Positions 25,658-37,816 of a DNA stretch of 64,000 bases are shown here, one piece after another; position 1 is the first letter of the stretch, and every line of letters begins with the position of its first letter. This stretch comes from Tubiluchus corallicola. Taxonomy: Eukaryota > Animalia > Priapulida. The stretch spans positions 1-64,000 of the forward strand of contig JAQGDQ010000418.1 in assembly GCA_030141605.1 (NCBI GenBank), written 5' to 3'. The notes below the pieces were generated by a model. That model made no database searches. It was not told the origin of the DNA and was given only the letters and a program-made list of their open reading frames with translations. A program made the translations under genes and the position numbers.

Positions 25658-27172
25658 CTACTCTGCTTTGGATTTCTTCTTTCGACAGAGATACTTACAA
25701 CCAGCTAAGCAACATTTAACTAATACAAATAATACTATTAGGCATCCAAAGAACATCGTCATTAGCAAAGCAATAACATCTACGAGAAAATACTGCAAAA
25801 AATTTAACTCAACTGATCCGGGCAACAAGTGCTTAGCTCCGTCAGTCCTTAGGACGTATTCCGTCCAATAGCGGACGGTGTCATTAGCAGTCATTGGCTG
25901 ATCATGGTACAGTTTTGACAGGGCTTTGATGTTTTCTGAGTAAGTTTTGTTCTCCACTACATCTTCTATAGCGTCTCGCAGTTCATCAGATGTGAAAGTG
26001 GCAAAATCTAACCACCGACCAACGCCCCGATCTTGGACTCGTGCGGCATTGCCAAAACCGTCGGCAATTACAGGCAGAATAAGCATAGGAACGCCATGAT
26101 ACAAAGCTTCGTAAACGCCATTTTCACCACCATGATAGACCAACAGAGCCACCTGGTGATGAGCAAGTAGATCTGACTGAGGCAACCATTTAACAAGTCT
26201 GACATTTTTAGCTACATAAGGTACATTTTTACTGTCGAGACGCCAGAGGAAGAAATATGGGAGGTCCCCAATAGCAATCATGATATTCCTAACAATGGCT
26301 TCTTCTGTCGCCTTGATATTTGATCCAAATGAGATGATAATCACTTTACGACTTCCAGCTTCTTTCATCAGCCCTTCAAAGCCAGCATTTAATGGTAGCG
26401 GTTTCGTGACTGTAATGCCTCCTATACACTTCACATTTGGCATGAGCGCAGCCGGGTATTCGAAACTAAAGTCGGAATTCACAAAAATCATGCTCACCCT
26501 ACGGTGCACATCTTGAACAGAACCAGTGAAGTTGTTCGCACGAGCGATTCTGTCAAACTTTGGCATTATAAACAAGTAAAATATGCTATAAAAAGATGAT
26601 GACAATGCAGTGTTTGTAACACGTTCCCAAAAACTCATGCGATCCGTGTAAGGCAGAATCCCTATAGGTGTCAAGGAGAATAATCGTGGTGCTTCGGATA
26701 GCAAAGCGGCTGTGTTAAGCGCCAAAACACCAATAAACGGCTTGTTTAAATAACCTGCCACTAAGACAGTAGCGAAGTCATTATGGTCGAGGATAATCAG
26801 ATCAAAGTTTTCCTTTTTTAGCTTGGTCAACACCATTTCATTTTTGAATAGCATTCGACAAGGGTGAAGCAATTGTTCAATGAGCTCCATGATGTACCCG
26901 ACACTGTCACCACTGTAAGCAACTGCAACTTCTTCAAATTCCATGTATTGAACAGTCTTAGAAGGAAAGTAAATTTTCTTCCATGGGTCAAAGCTAGGAA
27001 ACTCCTCCCCCAATAAGAAGGTGACATCATGACCAGCAGAGTGCAAGATATCAGCTATTTTAGTGTGTATCATGCGGTGACTAGAAGGACGCCCAAATCC
27101 AGCAGGAATTACAAGTATTTTTCCAGCCATTGTACACGCCAGAGAACATAAAAGATAGAATAAAACAATCAT
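25658..27172 (-). CDS. ER-membrane UDP-glycosyltransferase (GT1, UGT1/2-like), single coding exon, 504 aa
   Basis: Signal peptide MIVLFYLLCSLACTMA, then GKILV..SH (catalytic His), LPYTDRMSFWERVTN, IISFGS, and the UGT signature WLPQSDLLAH..HGGENGVYEALYHGVPMLILPVIADG. Also YWTEYVLR..GAKHL, QYFLVDV, a TM helix and the C-terminal KKSKAE dilysine motif. Confidence 0.95.
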   Translation of the reverse strand: MIVLFYLLCSLACTMAGKILVIPAGFGRPSSHRMIHTKIADILHSAGHDVTFLLGEEFPSFDPWKKIYFPSKTVQYMEFEEVAVAYSGDSVGYIMELIEQLLHPCRMLFKNEMVLTKLKKENFDLIILDHNDFATVLVAGYLNKPFIGVLALNTAALLSEAPRLFSLTPIGILPYTDRMSFWERVTNTALSSSFYSIFYLFIMPKFDRIARANNFTGSVQDVHRRVSMIFVNSDFSFEYPAALMPNVKCIGGITVTKPLPLNAGFEGLMKEAGSRKVIIISFGSNIKATEEAIVRNIMIAIGDLPYFFLWRLDSKNVPYVAKNVRLVKWLPQSDLLAHHQVALLVYHGGENGVYEALYHGVPMLILPVIADGFGNAARVQDRGVGRWLDFATFTSDELRDAIEDVVENKTYSENIKALSKLYHDQPMTANDTVRYWTEYVLRTDGAKHLLPGSVELNFLQYFLVDVIALLMTMFFGCLIVLFVLVKCCLAGCKYLCRKKKSKAE

Positions 27173-27399
27173 CTTTCCTCATTAATAAAACCATGCAAAT
27201 TCAAATCACAAACCGAAACACACTATAAATAAGCCGCAAAGAGCGTGTAAAGCACGTGGGTATACATAAATAGCAAGCGTCACCTGCCGGACAAAATTTC
27301 AACGAAAAACTTTAGTAATGTAATATCTCCGGTAATAACGCATAGAAGTCAAAGTAATACATGGGGTAACACAAACTTTTGCTAAGTTGGTGCAAAAAC

Positions 27400-27800
27400 A
27401 ACGAGCGGTCGTATAGAACAATTTATTGCATTAAAGTATTGCTCAGCTAACTGATTATCTGTCATGCCGCCATGAGACATGATCACCTCACTTAGATAAT
27501 GACCATTTATTACACGAAGCCTTGTGTATCTCACAAAGCTTGCAATCAAGAGGGATATAATTTGAGTGGACCATCCTATATGGCTTGACAATTCACTAAA
27601 CTTCAACTCCACCGAACAGATGATCCAAGAGTATACTATTGATCAATTCAAAAGAGAAGTTTATAATGTGTTTGATGATTTTCAGCTTGACCTTGCTTTC
27701 CTCGAGTGTCCGGTCATACCCGTGAAGACTGCAAGATGCACAGTTAGATATTATGGACGTGATAGACTCTCGAATGAGCAATACTCTGGTGCATCAAATT
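27400..27800 (-). mobile_element. Very degenerate LINE RT fragment
   Basis: INFSFELINSILLDHL and IASFVRYTRLRVINGHYLSEVIMSHGG loosely follow the RT pattern LDFSKAFD..H.ILL.KL / SFL..R.Q.V.ING..S....GVPQG. Confidence 0.35.
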
Positions 27801-28980
27801 AATCTGTACTGTTGCTCGTTGTTTTCACTCCCCCCGCACTCCGTAATATAGTTCTCTGTAGCAGTTCAAAATAACTGAGGCGGACACTTTACACAATTCT
27901 GTATTACTACAATAATTATGTAACAGCCAAAAGATGTGCTATTCTGATTATTCTGACCAGTTAATGTATCTTAAGCATATTGACACAGTCTACACTTTAA
28001 CAACCGAATAACATTACTTCATAATTTACTATGTACATGTAAATACCATCAAGAAATTATGTCATGTGCCTAGGCAATCTGTACATCTGGAATATGTGCA
28101 TTAACACGTAATCCTATTGGTTATTGCCATTATGCCATGTGATTTACTGATTTGCTATCCTTCACACTTGTAGTACCAAAACTACGTGTTAAACCAGCAT
28201 CACAGCTCTAACTTGTTCAACAAAAATACCAAAAACTGATAATTGAGAATAACGTTTTTATTAGTAGCTAACAAATAAATTTCACAACAGGATGTGCAAA
28301 TTAACAAACATCAAATAAAATCGTACGATTTACAGACACGGGACACATTATTTAAATGCATTAAGAACAACTAGATTAAGTTAGAGCATATCACACACTT
28401 TTCAAGTTCATATAAGCTCTCGGGCAATGTGTTATTGTTTCGCTATTTGCTTTATCTATTTTATCTCTGAAACAAATAAAAACTAGCAGTGCTGGTGCAC
28501 ACTATTATATAAGTATTATTATACTCACTATAATTTATTTAGAACAAAATGGGATGATTTGAATAGCCAAGTGGATACCATGTGTGATTAGCAACCAAAG
28601 TTAGGCAATGTAGAATCTGCTCAATAAGTGGGTGGATGACTGTCCATGTTAAATACTATATTTCATATGGTGTCTGTGGGTATTTAACTCATTGAAAGAT
28701 GTAGATGCATCAGAACCAGGCAGAGACTCCTCTGCCGGATATCTTATTTCAAAGGATTATCCTTAATAATGAGCAAGCAGCATCCGAAATGAGAAGTGTG
28801 ATGAAAATTCCAGAGATGCTAAAAGAAATCATCATCAGAAACAAATTGTTAAAAAAAGTAAAGCGGATACTATGACACCCGGCCATTAGAATAGGAAATG
28901 ATGCACGATTACATTAAATACCTAGAAGGTACTGAAATACGCCTACAACAGTATCTACACACACAAGTACACACATACAT

Positions 28981-28993
28981 GTATATATATATG

Positions 28994-29056
<63 letters not shown>

Positions 29057-29092
29057 GAGAGAGAGAGAGAAAGAGAGAGAGATGAGAGAGAC

Positions 29093-29190
<98 letters not shown>

Positions 29191-29197
29191 GAGAGAG
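28981..29197. repeat. (TA)n/(CT)n/(GA)n compound microsatellite
   Basis: Directly visible. It produces the spurious poly-ER and poly-SL ORFs. Confidence 0.97.
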
Positions 29198-30333
29198 CAG
29201 AAGGCAGCAGATCACTGATGAGGAACTAATAAAACCAAGCTTTTCCACATGAAACACAGCTTTGGGTTTGCAACAGTAACTGTAGTTTTTTGTATTTATT
29301 CAAGAACACTAACAGCCATAAAAGATTCAAGATAACAAGGTTAATTAAACTGATCATAATTTCTAATTTGATTATTTACGTTTCGTGTATCACAGCTGTA
29401 GCCAACTACCATTTTCAAATCACTGTTTTCACCACAGGACAAAGCAAGATGTTAATACAAATGTTTTTTGACATTATTTCTCATCCTAAAGATTCCTAGA
29501 GAACAAAAAGACGAATACTAAACATATTATACTAATATCAGTTTAGCATAAATTTTACTAATGTATTAAACATCCTTCACATCTAGTATTACATTTACAG
29601 GAAAAACTGTGAGTTGTGTAATTTGCTTTCAAAGAATACTTGTTCAATAAAAAGATACAAAAGTCTTAACCGATATTGTGTAGCCATAGCATTATGTTCA
29701 GTAAAATAGTACTTAACAACCTTTACACCGTAAACAATCAACTATTGAGCCAAAGGTCAGTATCTTAACATAACTCAAAGAAAGACCATAGACCCAACAT
29801 AGTCACCAGCAGTCATCGACGTAATTGTCGAATTTTCAGAAAATTAGCAGTAAAAAGGTAATTTATCCTCTAGATCAAGGTATGTTGTTTTAACATAGCC
29901 ATAATAAAAATTTCTACCTGGGTATGCTACACCTAAAAATCTACAATAATTCAGAGCCAGGTGAGTGCTTTAAAATCAATAACATCTGCACAAATGTTTA
30001 GTGTATTTGCAAATATGTACACAGTAATTGAAGCAAATATATATTGCAGATTATAACCACTTTATCTATGGACTGTCAAGCAGACACACATGATTATATA
30101 TATATACTTCTATTTACAAGGTGTACTGACCCCTAGTGAGCAATTCTATGTGGAAATATTAATAAATTTTAAGCGATTAGAGAAGTATTCCCGATCACTT
30201 CGTTTTGTTATTCTAATATATATACATATACTTTTCATAAGTCAGTGCTTTTTAGCTACAGATAAATAGTTCTAGCTGCACCATTCACAGTTTAGTATTA
30301 CAAGCATTTTTAGTGAATAAACAAGTTAAGTTG

Positions 30334-31407
30334 CTACCAATGAACTTTGGATTTGTACTCATCATTAACGCTCCAACGTTTTACGCTTTCATAACCGAGG
30401 ATGATAAAAAACGAAAAGCATACAGACTGTATCATCCTCGCACTCAAACCCTTAGTAAACACAGCCAGTTGTTCATCTCTCCACAAAGTTTTGATGGTCC
30501 ATGGCCAGCTCCGACGCTCCACTTGGAGCCGGGCACGCAAGACGTCCAGTGGATTTGTGATCAAAGCGGTCGTTACTCCACCCAGTGGAGCGGCTGTGCA
30601 TTGAATCACCAGATGAGGCACCCAAGTGGGAGAAGCCAGACTTAGCGTGTCCGTGTAAATACTATAAAACATCCACCATAGGCCACTGTTTGGGACAAGG
30701 CACATAAGCGAGGCCAACAATCCACGATAGAATCCACGTCTAATTCCATCACGCAGATACAGCTCGCGAATTATCGCCGACGACACACGACCAAACCGAT
30801 GACCACCGCTCGCCAAATCCACAGTTATGCCCAGTGAAGGCACGGTGACGCTGGTTGGTCTTGAGCGGCCAGAGAACTGTCCCATCATCATCATGTGCTG
30901 TGAAACCACGTCAAATGGGACGATAATTGTCTGTCCCACCAGGGATGCTGCTGCACCTGCTATTAAACCTTTTAAACGACTATCAGTTATGTTTGCATGT
31001 TTCGTAAGTAAATGTCTCACACCCTCGTATGTGGTTATATAACCTAAACCGGTTACCACCTGAATACTGTTAATCCAAAAGCCCTTATATAAACCCGTAA
31101 CGCCTTCATATTTGACGATTTTATAAAATGCATCAAAAGTTCCGTTGTATATGGTTTTCTGCCGCTGTATCTGAAGCCTAGTTTTGATCACAGTGAATGG
31201 ATACAGCAAGCACCGGATGGTCAGAGAAGAAGCCATATTCAGTGGGTAGTACTTTTTCTTATCCATCATGTGCCATTCGATGGTCATCACTTTGCCTGGC
31301 GCCAAACCAGCGGGCAGTTGACGGCGCAGTTTGCTGTTGTCAATGTGGTCGTGGACGATTGTGTCAATCGTCTCCACAAGCCACATATCATCATCACCTA
31401 AGACCAT
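30334..31407 (-). CDS. SLC25A44: Mitochondrial carrier SLC25A44 (branched-chain amino acid carrier family), single coding exon, 357 aa
   Basis: IEWHMMDKKKYY..IRCLLYPFTVIKTRLQIQ. Three Px[DE]xx[KR]-type repeats (YPFTVIK, VPFDVVS, NPLDVLR), plus LYKGFW, GFYRG..ASL, FTKGLSAR and GYESVKR, characteristic of SLC25A44. 5'-UTR acceptor at about 31492. Confidence 0.93.
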   Translation of the reverse strand: MVLGDDDMWLVETIDTIVHDHIDNSKLRRQLPAGLAPGKVMTIEWHMMDKKKYYPLNMASSLTIRCLLYPFTVIKTRLQIQRQKTIYNGTFDAFYKIVKYEGVTGLYKGFWINSIQVVTGLGYITTYEGVRHLLTKHANITDSRLKGLIAGAAASLVGQTIIVPFDVVSQHMMMMGQFSGRSRPTSVTVPSLGITVDLASGGHRFGRVSSAIIRELYLRDGIRRGFYRGLLASLMCLVPNSGLWWMFYSIYTDTLSLASPTWVPHLVIQCTAAPLGGVTTALITNPLDVLRARLQVERRSWPWTIKTLWRDEQLAVFTKGLSARMIQSVCFSFFIILGYESVKRWSVNDEYKSKVHW

Positions 31408-33234
31408 GTTGAAGAATTAGAGACGAAGTGACCACAAATAAACCGTCACTAAGCAGCTACCACCACCGCATAAACCCACGTTTATGCTATGCTAAACAGT
31501 AAACACATAAACACAAAAGTTTGAGCCAGCCGAGCGTAAGTCTTTTTAGACTTAATTTAGGCACCAGCTCAGTGTTATTTAAAAACCGCAGATACTTGTA
31601 ACAAAATATCCTCATTATACAGAAAATGGAGCTGGTTGCCAAAAACTTTAATACACGTAAGTAGAAATGGTTCTAGAATCTATACAGATGTAGAAGTCAC
31701 AGAAACTCACAGGTAGAAGCCATAATGGATGTTACTATATCAAAGTTTTGCTTGATACGCTATAAGCACCATATGCTCTCCAAAACCTAGCAACAAAAAT
31801 AACAATCACTTTCACATACTCTAGTCTTACACAATTTGTGAATAGTTTTTAATATTCAACATATTTCTAATTTAAATTTCTGTTTTAAAGCTACTTTGCC
31901 TTCTTTACATTTTCTAGCTTACAGTTAACAGCAAACAGTTTTCGTATCAAATTAACTTAGCAGTGAGTAAAAAAATTCAATGATAATGTAGTAGCTTGGT
32001 AGATTTGCTCTTGCACATGTTACTCAGTTAACATCATAAATAAGCCAATGACTGATTTTTGTTGATAAAATCACTCAAGAATACAACCAAATGTGTAATC
32101 AAGAAAAGTTCAATATTTCACAAGAGTACTCTTGAGTAAACAGACTTTCTCATTTTATTCTGTCCCCTATCTGGTATTAGACATTAATCAAAGTTACTTT
32201 TTAGATTACTCACATGTTTACAATTTACGAAATGTAATTGATCATTGACCTTGAACCACCATTCAAGGTCGGTGACCTGCCCTATCTCTACCAAGAGGCT
32301 TGAAACATACGTTGCTGCTTACTGTTAGTACACAAGTTCAATTTTGTCCAAAACAACTAAAAGTTGTATTGACTAGCCCTGTGAAACACAGACTACCACC
32401 TAGTGTTCAGACAAAAGTTGCTAAAAAGCAAAACCGAAAAAACAATCAATCGTGAAATACACAATCAACCCATGAACAAACTTACAACAATCAATAATAA
32501 TAGGCACTACTTGTAACTCACATAGCATTTATGTTAAGTATTTATATACGTACTTATTTTCCTAAAACACATAAAAGCTAGGCATTTATCTTAACGATAA
32601 AACGCCATCAACAAATTAATTTTACAAATCAGCGTCTGTGATGCGTGAGCAACATCACTTTCAGTTTTGCACAGTGCACCTGCTAAAAATTATGACCTGA
32701 AAAGTGAAAAGGTTTCTAATATTAAAGCAGGTTCTACTGATTACTGCTTAGCAAATGCAGCTAACATAACACGCGAATTTATTTCGCGGGGTCACTAATT
32801 ATTTATTGTTTTGCTAAAGCAGTGCCACAGCCAAAAAACACTAAAACTTTGGTCGTTGACCGGCATTGACCGAGCTAAACAAAAACTAGTATCAGCAGTA
32901 CAGGACATCTTGCACGCTTTACGTGTTGTTCTTATTGGTAGAAAAAGATTTCCTACATAGCAGAGTGCAAATTGCAGAAGCGTGGTGTAAATGTAGATGT
33001 GATGAACTTGCAGAGTTATCATTAGTGGTATTGAATAACTCAAATAAAAAAGTTAAAACTGTTAATTGTTAACGCCAAAAAATGTAACGAAGTAATTTGC
33101 AAATTTAAGACACAACCCATCCGGATTTTCCTGGACGTTTTGTACCTTTAAACTACCAGTGCCAACTTACGTGTTTCATCATTAGATTACAGTATACGTG
33201 TACAGTAATCAGTATACTAATTGTTTTTGTACTA

Positions 33235-33313
33235 GTACGGGTGCCCGAGTGGTTAAGGTAACGGACCGCAAGTGCTTCTCTGCTTGCAGCCCGATTTCGA
33301 ATCTCATGACCAC
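33235..33313 (+). pseudogene. tRNA-like remnant (tRNA pseudogene or tRNA-derived SINE head)
   Basis: A-box-like GTGCCCGAGTGGTTAAGG and B-box-like GATTTCGAATC with class-II spacing, but the acceptor and anticodon stems do not pair. Confidence 0.45.
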
Positions 33314-33813
33314 TTGTATTGGCGCAAACAATTGTTATCTGTGTTATTTATTTGTGGCGTCTCAGTGTTGTATTCGTTAATGTTGGCAAATGTTGTCCCA
33401 GCGACTGTAAATGTCTTTGTTTTCGTACTAGGCTAAACATCAGTACAGAAAGCACTAATAGCTATAAATGTGTTTTGTTTAATTTTTGCATCATTTTTAG
33501 GCAAGGTGTACAAAAAATTTCTAAATCGCTGGCTTGCTGCCCTGCATTGTCGACCCACCAAAAGAACAAGACAATTCACTACCCCTCCAACTGGCTAAGA
33601 CTGTCAGGGAAATCACCCTACTTGTAAACCATGACATAAAATTTAACATGTGCACTAGTGTGAAGCTAATAGGCCCTCTAGGCTCATAACTAAATCTTTA
33701 GTTATAAATGAATGTTTTACCTGTTTTACATTTGCTTATGCCAGATATCTAACACACACTTTTTAATTTAACAGGAAACTTATCTCCAATATTGTGCAGC
33801 TAACAGCAATAAC

Positions 33814-34815
33814 ATGAAGCATGTAAAACAGAAGCTGTTTCGATACTTGGGCAGGTATTTTATCGTCATAGCAACAGGAGTTCTTTTCTTCTTCTTCGGC
33901 AGCTTTCTTTGCTTAATTCTCACTAATCCAGCCATTGATAAGCCCAGAATGAGCAGCAAGGAAGCAGCAAAGCTATCATCAAATCGTCAAATTTCGACTT
34001 TTTTGACTGTTCTGATAATGACGGGTCCAAATTACTATGAGAGTCGCGACACGCTTAGAGACACTTGGCTGCAGCTTGCAGCGAACTTGGACATTATTTG
34101 TTTTTTTGTTATTGGAACCAAATCGCTTGATAATGCTGCAAAAGCCCTGCTGCATAGTGAACAATCCGAGAAAAAAGATTTGCTTCTGTTACCAGAAATT
34201 GAGGACTCGTATTCGTCACTTCCCACGAAATTGCTACATTCCTTGGCCTGGACTGAGAAAAATGTTGTAACAAAATTCGTGCTTAAAGTTGACGATGACA
34301 GCTTCGTCCGCCTTGACACTATTTATGAGGAACTGCATCAAAAGTACATTAATGATACTCATCTTTATTGGGGTTTCTTTGATGGCAGGGCCAAACCCAA
34401 GCGTAGGGGAAAGTGGAACGAAGACAGTTGGTTCATGTGCGACCACTACCTCCCGTATGCTTTAGGTGGTGGTTACGTCATCGGAGCTGATCTCGCCTAC
34501 TTTGTGGGCAAAAATGTTCAGTATTTGCAATGTTACAATAGTGAAGACGTGTCGCTGGGGGTGTGGTTGTCTCCCGTCAAAGCCACCCGTGTACACGATC
34601 CTCGGTTTGACACCGAGTACAAGTCGCGCGGCTGTTTTAATGTGTACATCATCACCCACAAGCAGAACTTGGCAGAAATGCGAGAAAAGTACCACGAGTT
34701 GAAAACAAACAACAGACTGTGCAGCAAGCAGTACAGAACTCGTTATTCGTATGTTTACAACTGGGATGTGGCGCCATCTCAGTGCTGTTACAGGAATAAT
34801 ACCAAGGTGCCTTGA
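33814..34815 (+). CDS. B3GALT6: Beta-1,3-galactosyltransferase 6 (GAG linker galactosyltransferase II, GT31), single coding exon, 333 aa
   Basis: Type II TM near the N-terminus, then RDTLRDTW, DLLLLPEIEDSY, VLKVDDDSFV (DxD), YWGFFDGRA, CDHYLPYALGGGYV, SEDVSLGVWL, HDPRFDTEYKSRGC and SYVYNWDVAPSQCC. Acceptor tttaacag at 33774. Confidence 0.96.
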   Translation: MKHVKQKLFRYLGRYFIVIATGVLFFFFGSFLCLILTNPAIDKPRMSSKEAAKLSSNRQISTFLTVLIMTGPNYYESRDTLRDTWLQLAANLDIICFFVIGTKSLDNAAKALLHSEQSEKKDLLLLPEIEDSYSSLPTKLLHSLAWTEKNVVTKFVLKVDDDSFVRLDTIYEELHQKYINDTHLYWGFFDGRAKPKRRGKWNEDSWFMCDHYLPYALGGGYVIGADLAYFVGKNVQYLQCYNSEDVSLGVWLSPVKATRVHDPRFDTEYKSRGCFNVYIITHKQNLAEMREKYHELKTNNRLCSKQYRTRYSYVYNWDVAPSQCCYRNNTKVP

Positions 34816-35634
34816 AGCATTGAATTTTATCTGTGATAGTTGTCATTAATTTTACAAATTTATTAGTTATTTGTTAATCATGTTATTAAAAACTTGACTT
34901 TTCATACCACTGATCTTTCAAAAACGTTTGTATCAAATGAATATTGTAGTTTTATGAACTGTAACAGCGAACTTCCTTTTTAATGAACATAGGGTATGTG
35001 TAGTACAATAGTTTGTAGATTTTTTCTTGTACATTATTTAGTAAGATCAAAATAATCGACTCTCGATTTGAGTATCAGAGCAGTAATCAAATTATCTATT
35101 ATATAATCTCGTTACATAAATTAATTTGTAAAATAGTCTATTCGTGAATAGTTTTGTCGTAGAGCAATCAAATTAACAATTGCACGTCAGAAGTTTTTTA
35201 TAAGGTATTATTAAAAGTTTTCATATCATTTGGGTTGCTACTGTTTTTGTTGCCATTTCTGAAATTTAGGCTTAAAACGTGCTGACAAGATCGACATAAC
35301 ATTACTGTTATCGTGCCGTATATCATACAATCATACGTACATGATGCTTGTGCGTCCATACTTATAGGTAAAAAACGTAGTTTGTTATCCAGAAACTACA
35401 TTCAGAAAACAGGCTTTTCTGAATAACAAGTTTCACTAAATAACGTTAATATGATGTACAATATTAATTTTACTTCAAGTGTTTGTTTTATATTTGCTGA
35501 AACCAATGAATCTTCCTGTGATATGCTGCCAACTTTTAGGAACTTTTGTCAAAAGCACAAAGTACTGGATTTGTGTTAAAACAAAAAGTACAAAAATATG
35601 GTTGATTTTGTGTGTAAGGAGTACGGATAAGCAT

Positions 35635-36020
35635 CGTACATTCAAATTCAATTTGAGCAAGTTTTTTTAGTTTGAATTCAATTCGAACCTAAAATTATAG
35701 ATTCAAATAATTTAGCACTTGAGCCACATATGTTCTTTATTATTAAAATAAATTGGCACAATTTAGCTGCAGTTTCTGTTCAAAATTTTTAACAAACTAA
35801 TAGTGGTTTTACTGCAGATTGAACAAAATCAAGACATTATGTGCATTATCTTTGTAAGACGACTTTTTACTAGTTGTTCAAAAACTTATTCAAAAGTCTT
35901 TCAAATTAATTTCGAATTCGATTCAGATTTAAAATACCGAAATTCGGTTCGATTGGAATTCGAAAGTCACAAATTCGATTTGATCTGAATTCGCCTTCTG
36001 GTAGAGAATGCTCACCCCTG
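35635..36020. mobile_element. Probable MITE with clustered TTCGAATTCGA subterminal motifs
   Basis: Repeated TTCGAA/GAATTCG palindromes at 35640-35710 and 35910-35995. Termini not confirmed. Confidence 0.35.
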
Positions 36021-36413
36021 GTGAGAAGTAGCTGTGTGATCATTTGTGTGCTAGACGGTCCTCAGCGTAAGAGTGCCAAGCCTGGAAGGAAATATGTGAT
36101 TTTATACCAAAGTCAATAGTTAGGTGGCGGCATGCTGCAAAACGGTACTTCTGTAACAAATAATTGATTTGTAAGAATGTGAAGATATGTCCTTCATGCT
36201 ACACTCGTACTAATCATTCTTTAATTGTCTCTACATGTTTTGGCATTCTCTAAAAGTCGCTAATCAGAGCTGTCGTTAAGGTCTAACATTAAGCAAAGTC
36301 GTTACACCAGCTCTCTTACATACACCAGGAAAGGACCGCAGAGCTTGCATGTTCCTCCCAGGACTATTTAAAATCATGATAAGTGGACAAAATTAGTCAT
36401 AAGCTGTGGTTAG

Positions 36414-37017
36414 AGGAAAACAGGATGATTTTCGTTGTACTACCCCATTTTCAAATCCGATAAAAACTGTACAATCATTTTAACACAACACTGCAAAAGC
36501 GTTTCTGATAATTAAATAATAGATTAAAAACTTAATTAACGGCGGGCGAGCCCAACTATTGATGACATAACAAACTAAGATAACTTTCAACAGCAAAAAT
36601 ATTTCACGAGCGTGTTGCATGTGTTTACGAAAGCGAAAATTGAAGCACGGTATTACTGTAAAATATTCAGTGTATTGTACTAAAACTGTCGAGTTTTAAG
36701 ATAAAAATTCAAATTTACCGCTGTGCTCACGGATGAGCCGTCGAACGTGTGCAGTTCGTCAGAAACTAACACAGCTGAACAGAGAAGTACAGCACCTGTT
36801 TTTTGTGCAATGCGTTTCTGAAATGCAGGCTCACGTCTAACTAGCGAATGGCGAAATGCATGTAACAGCTAAGAACTGGTGGCGCGAATGTGAAAGTGTG
36901 TTTTGTAGTAATAATTCTTTCGCATAAGGCATTCTGGAGAAAATGGTATGTTTCCTTACAATATTTTAAAGAGCAGATTGTCTTGACCTATAGTTTAAGA
37001 GCGGGTCCGATTTTGCT
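36414..37017. mobile_element. Kolobok-like MITE family A copy 2 (inverted relative to 135-735)
   Basis: TTAG|AGGAAAACAGGAT ... TCCGATTTTGCT|TTAA. The body is the reverse complement of 135-690. Confidence 0.72.
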
Positions 37018-37747
37018 TTAACGTCTCATTAAGAATAATAACAACATCGGCGTTGAGATTCAAAAGTCCATTGTTTTCTGCCTTATTATCATTTGGGCCC
37101 TCTCAGCCATTGAGTTGTCACCATGAAGTATCCATCACTAACACCACAGCTATGGTTGAATATAGCATCTTGTGTTCTGATTGGTTTAAAGGCGCGCTTC
37201 TCCTCTTTTAAGCCCACGAGGGACCTCAATCTTATTATGCACTTAAACACGAAAAACTACTGTACTGTTTTGGTGTTTATGCGAAATTATAACAATCGTT
37301 TGAGCTGACGCAAATAATCGTATGATTCGCATTCATTTAGCATGGTGGGATGACTGAGGTTCATAGCTTTATGTTACACCGGATTGACAGTGACATACGA
37401 ACTGAAAAGTGCGTAATTCAATGAATGTAACTGACGGGTAATGTTGCTCCATTACGCCTTACGAAGATGTATAACAAGCCCTCATCACTCGAGGAATCAT
37501 TACAGACGAGAAAAAGTATAGGTCAGAAATTATTAAATTAGCACCTCCGTTTCGACCAGTCAGACATTTATGAGTTTTTGTGACCATTTTTTCTTCACTT
37601 TCCCTACGCACATAATAACGCTAACAGTGAAATATTTTTAATTAATATTAACATTTAAATTTTACAGAGTTCATTCACAAAAATCAATAAATAACATAAA
37701 TTTAATGTACCACAGATATGTACAGTATAGGGAGATTGTTTTTTACT

Positions 37748-37749
<2 letters not shown>

Positions 37750-37784
<35 letters not shown>

Positions 37785-37810
37785 CTATATATATATATAT
37801 ATATATATAT
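37750..37810. repeat. (CT)n(AT)n microsatellite
   Basis: Directly visible. Confidence 0.95.
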
Positions 37811-37816
37811 CCTCCA

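Noticed and set aside
25658-27172. Bacterial horizontal origin of the intronless UGT
   Set aside because: It has a signal peptide, TM helix and dilysine ER motif typical of native animal UGTs; bacterially derived animal UGTs lack these.
28898-29257. Poly-ER and poly-SL ORFs
   Set aside because: (GA)n dinucleotide repeat.
33235-33313. Functional tRNA gene
   Set aside because: A and B boxes are present, but the acceptor, anticodon and T stems do not pair. Kept only as a relic.
10064-34815. Metabolic gene cluster (HYKK + UGT + SLC25A44 + B3GALT6) for collagen/glycan or detoxification chemistry
   Set aside because: The enzymes act in different compartments and pathways, three are ordinary conserved housekeeping genes, and nothing in the sequence shows co-regulation. 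It would need synteny or co-expression evidence.
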